A DNA stretch of 64,000 nucleotides, from NCBI RefSeq assembly GCF_947568905.1, contig NC_079172.1, positions 43,586,001-43,650,000 on the forward strand, read 5' to 3'. This stretch comes from Ostrea edulis. Its lineage: Eukaryota. Made by a program: the position numbers and the translations under genes. Below, one piece after another: positions 60,455 through 64,000 of this stretch. The notes under the pieces were generated by a model. The model was not told the DNA's origin, did no database searches, and worked only from the letters and a program-made list of their open reading frames with translations. Numbering within the stretch: the first letter of the stretch is position 1; every line of letters begins with the position of its first letter.

Positions 60455-61015
60455 ATTTATTGAAAGTAGACATTAACGGCAAACTGACAACTCAACTGTA
60501 TGACAAACGGGATGATTTCAGTTTCTCCTTCGTCAACTTCCCATATTTATGTAGCAATATTCCATTATCACCTGCATATGATGTTTATATATCTCAACTG
60601 ATTCGATATGCAAGAGCTTGTTCTGCGTATAGTCAGTTTTTAAATCGAGGTAAGCTACTGACAAACAAGTTGATGGTACAGGGGTTTCAACAGTCTCGAT
60701 TGAAGTCAGCATTTCGCAAATTCTATGGTCGTTATAACGATCTAGTTCGTCAATACAACCTCGCATTGGGTCAAATGCTGTCTGACGTGTTTCATGCCGA
60801 TTGTTAAGCCGTTCTTGGCACATTGATTTTGACTGCGGTTAACTGATCAGAATATAGGGATCACGGCTGGTGTGACCGGTCAACAGGGGATGCTTACTCC
60901 TCCTAGGCACCTGATCCCACCTCTGGTGTGTCCAGTGGTCCGTGTTTGCCCAACTATCTATTTTTATTGCTTATAGGAGTTATGAGATTGATCACTGTTC
61001 GTTATCTTCAACTTG
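60455..61015 (+). mobile_element. PLE (Naiad-type) 3' fragment inserted in the YR gene
   Basis: KVDINGKLTTQLYDKRDDF...MLSDVFHADC* plus the conserved 3' end. Confidence 0.85.
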
Positions 61016-61450
61016 TATGTAGCATACATGAAAATTGATATTGAGTTAAGGGCTTAGCATTGTAATGTGCAAACAACTGTTTCCCTTGAATGCTTCGACG
61101 GAGATCAGCAAATTGTTGTAACATTTCAAACACGCCAAAGAATCTAGATTTTTCATTATTCTAACGGAATGACTCTTCCTAAACTGGGCAGTTTTGGAAT
61201 GCTGAATTGAAACACACATTTGGTCTTCAAATATTTGAATATAATTTCTCTCCAATGACACTACTTCAGTCACCCTCAGTAAAGCGAAGAATGCAAGAAG
61301 GAATGCTGAATGAAATAATTGGGATTCATACGAAGAGTAAGTCAACACAGGAATGATTTTGATTATTTGTGTAAGCAAAGATAATGTAATGAGTTGCCTA
61401 TTATCAACAACTTCCCGAGTTCTCTTAAAACCAACCATCAACTTTCGAAC

Positions 61451-61707
61451 CCGTGGGGATCCAGGTTAGAATAGGTCCCCAGTACCCCTTGCTTGTCGTA
61501 AGAGGCGACTAAGTGGGGCGGACCTTCGGATGAGATCGCAAAAACCGAGACCCCGTGTCACAGCAGGTGTGGCACGATAAAGATCCCTCCCTGCTCAAAG
61601 GCTGTAAGCATTGGTCTAAATTTTGCAGCCCATCACCGGCAGTGGTGACGTCTCCATATGAGTGAAATATTCTCGAGAGGGACGTTAAACAATATAAAAT
61701 CAATCAA
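61451..61707 (+). mobile_element. Meta-domain SINE-like element with a non-tRNA head
   Basis: 6-bp TSD TCGAAC; removing it restores YR frame CFFVRKLMVG; shares body and tail with 32378-32686. Confidence 0.75.
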
Positions 61708-64000
61708 TCGAACAAAAAAGCATTCAGTTGGATTTTCCCAACCATGTAAGTTGATCACGAAACTTAAACCACTCAAATAACACTTTGCTGTTGAATGCGC
61801 CAGACCTGATTCCTTCATAAAGGTTATAAAATTTACATGGATTAAAGGGGGTGGCCACAAATCATCAAGAGAAGCATACATCCTAAAATTCATGAATCAA
61901 TGCCTGAATACCTTGTTTATAAGCTTTACTTGAATTTTCAGATATGCACGTTTCTAATAACTGATTTATAGTAGCTGAATGATTTCCCGAAATTGAGTAG
62001 GAATTGGGGAAGGAAACTTCTCTGCTGATAGGACCAGGTGTATGCAAGACTAAAACTCGAAGCAAAACCATAACGTTTTTACTTTTTGACGATTTTTGTT
62101 GATGACGTGAACTAATGCTAGGTTGCCAATATGCAGCAGTAATTCTTTGATTTGAGTTGTTCTTCCCAAATATGGATCCCTAATACTATCGGAACTAATT
62201 CCAAAAATGCTAGTCTTTGATCATGTAATCAGACCAATGTGAAGGCCAGGCCAATGGACACCATTCATTTCCGAAAAAAAAATTCCTGAACTATCTGTAT
62301 AAAATTCAAGTGTGTCATCATTCTGCCAAAAAAGATGGAAAAGTTGTCAACCCATTGGAATTTGACAAAAAATATATCCACATTTCTAAATCCTTTCTAA
62401 TCTCATTTGAAATCCTAATGAAGTGAAAAGGTTTTTTCCCTCCTGCTAGTGCACCATAAATACGCCCAAAAAAATGCTCTCCCCGAGGATAGAGCCTTGA
62501 CTACAAATGCTAGTGAACCAGCTAATGACTGTATTTCTTTAAGAATAGCTTTTTGGCAAAGCAATACCAGGGAATTTTTTCCCCAATAATTCACTAACCT
62601 TTTCATCAGGAATGAATAATGTTCTTCATATCGTGTCAATGCCTAAACATAGTAAACAAAGACGTGTACACGGACCTTGAGTTTTTTCCGGTGCTAGTGG
62701 GATTCCTAAAATTCAGCCAACTCAACCAATTGTGACATTAACAAACTACATTCTTGAGTGTCTGCTTTTCCTATCAACAAAACTCATCCAAATAGTGAGT
62801 TATTCCTCTTGAATTAGATCTTTGCTGCAACTCCCAATGAATAAATGATGAGAAAATTTCGAATGAACACGAAATTGAACAACCCATTGGCAAACATTTG
62901 TCAATATAATATGAATTCAAAAACTTGAAACCTAACAAACAAAAATCTTCATGACAAACTGGCAATAACCTGAATGCACTAGATATATCCATTTTAGCCA
63001 TTAATGCACCCACTCCAAACTCTTGAATTAATGATACAGCATCATCAAATGTAGCATATGACACCGAACAATATTGTTCATCAATATGATCATTAATACT
63101 ATCACCAGTTTGATATGACATATTAGAAATCATTCGCCACACACCTTGTATTTTAGGGACAATACCGATAGGATTACATCATTCTCTAATTTGCAATGGG
63201 GGGATACGGGAAAGAGCCTAAAACTCTACCTAGCCCAACTTCTTTGGATATGTTTTTGCTGGAGTTCGAAAGAATGTTCTTGAGCTGAAATCATGTTCTT
63301 AACTTCTACTTTTTTTCTTAAACCTGAATACTGTAAGGAAAAACCATTCTTGAAACCATTAGATAGAGTTGTTGCTATATGCTTGAAAGGATACATTTAA
63401 AGTAATAAATCCAAGTTTTGAGTTTTGATAGGAGAATATCCGATGTCCCATAACTTATACCACAAACTACCTGGTATTTTGTTGTCCAGAATTTTGCTGT
63501 TGTTGGTTCCTGAAAAATTGGTATCATAGTCATTTGGATTTCAACGAGCCTGGGGATTTCGGGGAGCTTGAGAAGATTGACTTTTATGACAGTTGATTGA
63601 TGGATGGGGTGCATTACATTTAATGCACTGATGGAATAAACTTATGGTTGGTTGGAGTCATTTGCTGGGTTTTGTTAAAATGTGCTGACTGCATGTAATG
63701 AACCCCAACTTCGGGAGGTGTCAACAGATTTCTTTAAACGAAACTGCACATCATAGTCCAACCAACCTAAATTATTGCTGGAGCCCCCTTTCTAATTGTA
63801 GAGACGTATCTTATAAGAGGCATGGCTTGTAATGGTTGTTTTTTTGTAGGTAAATTGATGCATAGATGAAAAGTGCATCCAGCCATTGATAAAAACTTGC
63901 TATCTATCTTTCTTTATTCTTAGGGTTGAATAGGAAAAAACTCCCTTCAAAGACAATTTGGTTTTGATTCTCTGAACAGGGGTCTTGCAGAAATAATTTA

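Larger units (their letters stand above)
58800..64000 (-). mobile_element. DIRS/Ngaro-like tyrosine-recombinase retrotransposon, decayed and multiply interrupted; continues past the window end
   Basis: Gag-like WLDYDVQFRLKK (about 63750); RT AKMDISSAFRLLP, LPMGCSISC and HYLDE; RNase H remnants; YR AFFALLRVTE, HSFRICGAT and GRWNSSAFKSYI; downstream SGNH domain. Confidence 0.85.

Overview
This is AT-rich, repeat-dense eukaryotic DNA with two assembly gaps. The repeat families present suggest an oyster-like bivalve (inference). I could rebuild two host genes by hand. (1) A gustatory-receptor-like 7TM ion channel gene (+; GRL/7TMIC) with 10 coding exons visible at 783-12281, about 451 aa, and its N-terminus upstream of the window. 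At least five splice sites and the stop codon sit inside local tandem duplications. These include a 36-bp in-frame array giving seven consecutive acceptors, and a GC-AG donor inside a 62-bp array. (2) A secreted laccase-type multicopper oxidase (+), with the whole catalytic region in one 2.1-kb exon (32757-34848) and a probable small terminal exon (38616-38683) adding a GPI-like tail. The rest is nested transposons: about 15 fragments of one RT-terminal Penelope-like (Naiad-type) family, a near full-length RTE LINE with an HDV-like ribozyme fold in its 5' UTR, a PLE end with a minimal hammerhead ribozyme, and a Gypsy remnant with an extra zinc-finger ORF before its PPT. There is also a DIRS/Ngaro-like YR element with an SGNH domain, an I/Jockey-group LINE, Meta-type SINEs, non-autonomous DNA elements (Helentron/Pearl, Kolobok, IS3EU, CACTA, hAT, MULE, Tc1) and minisatellites. 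All calls come from manual reading; no database searches were run.
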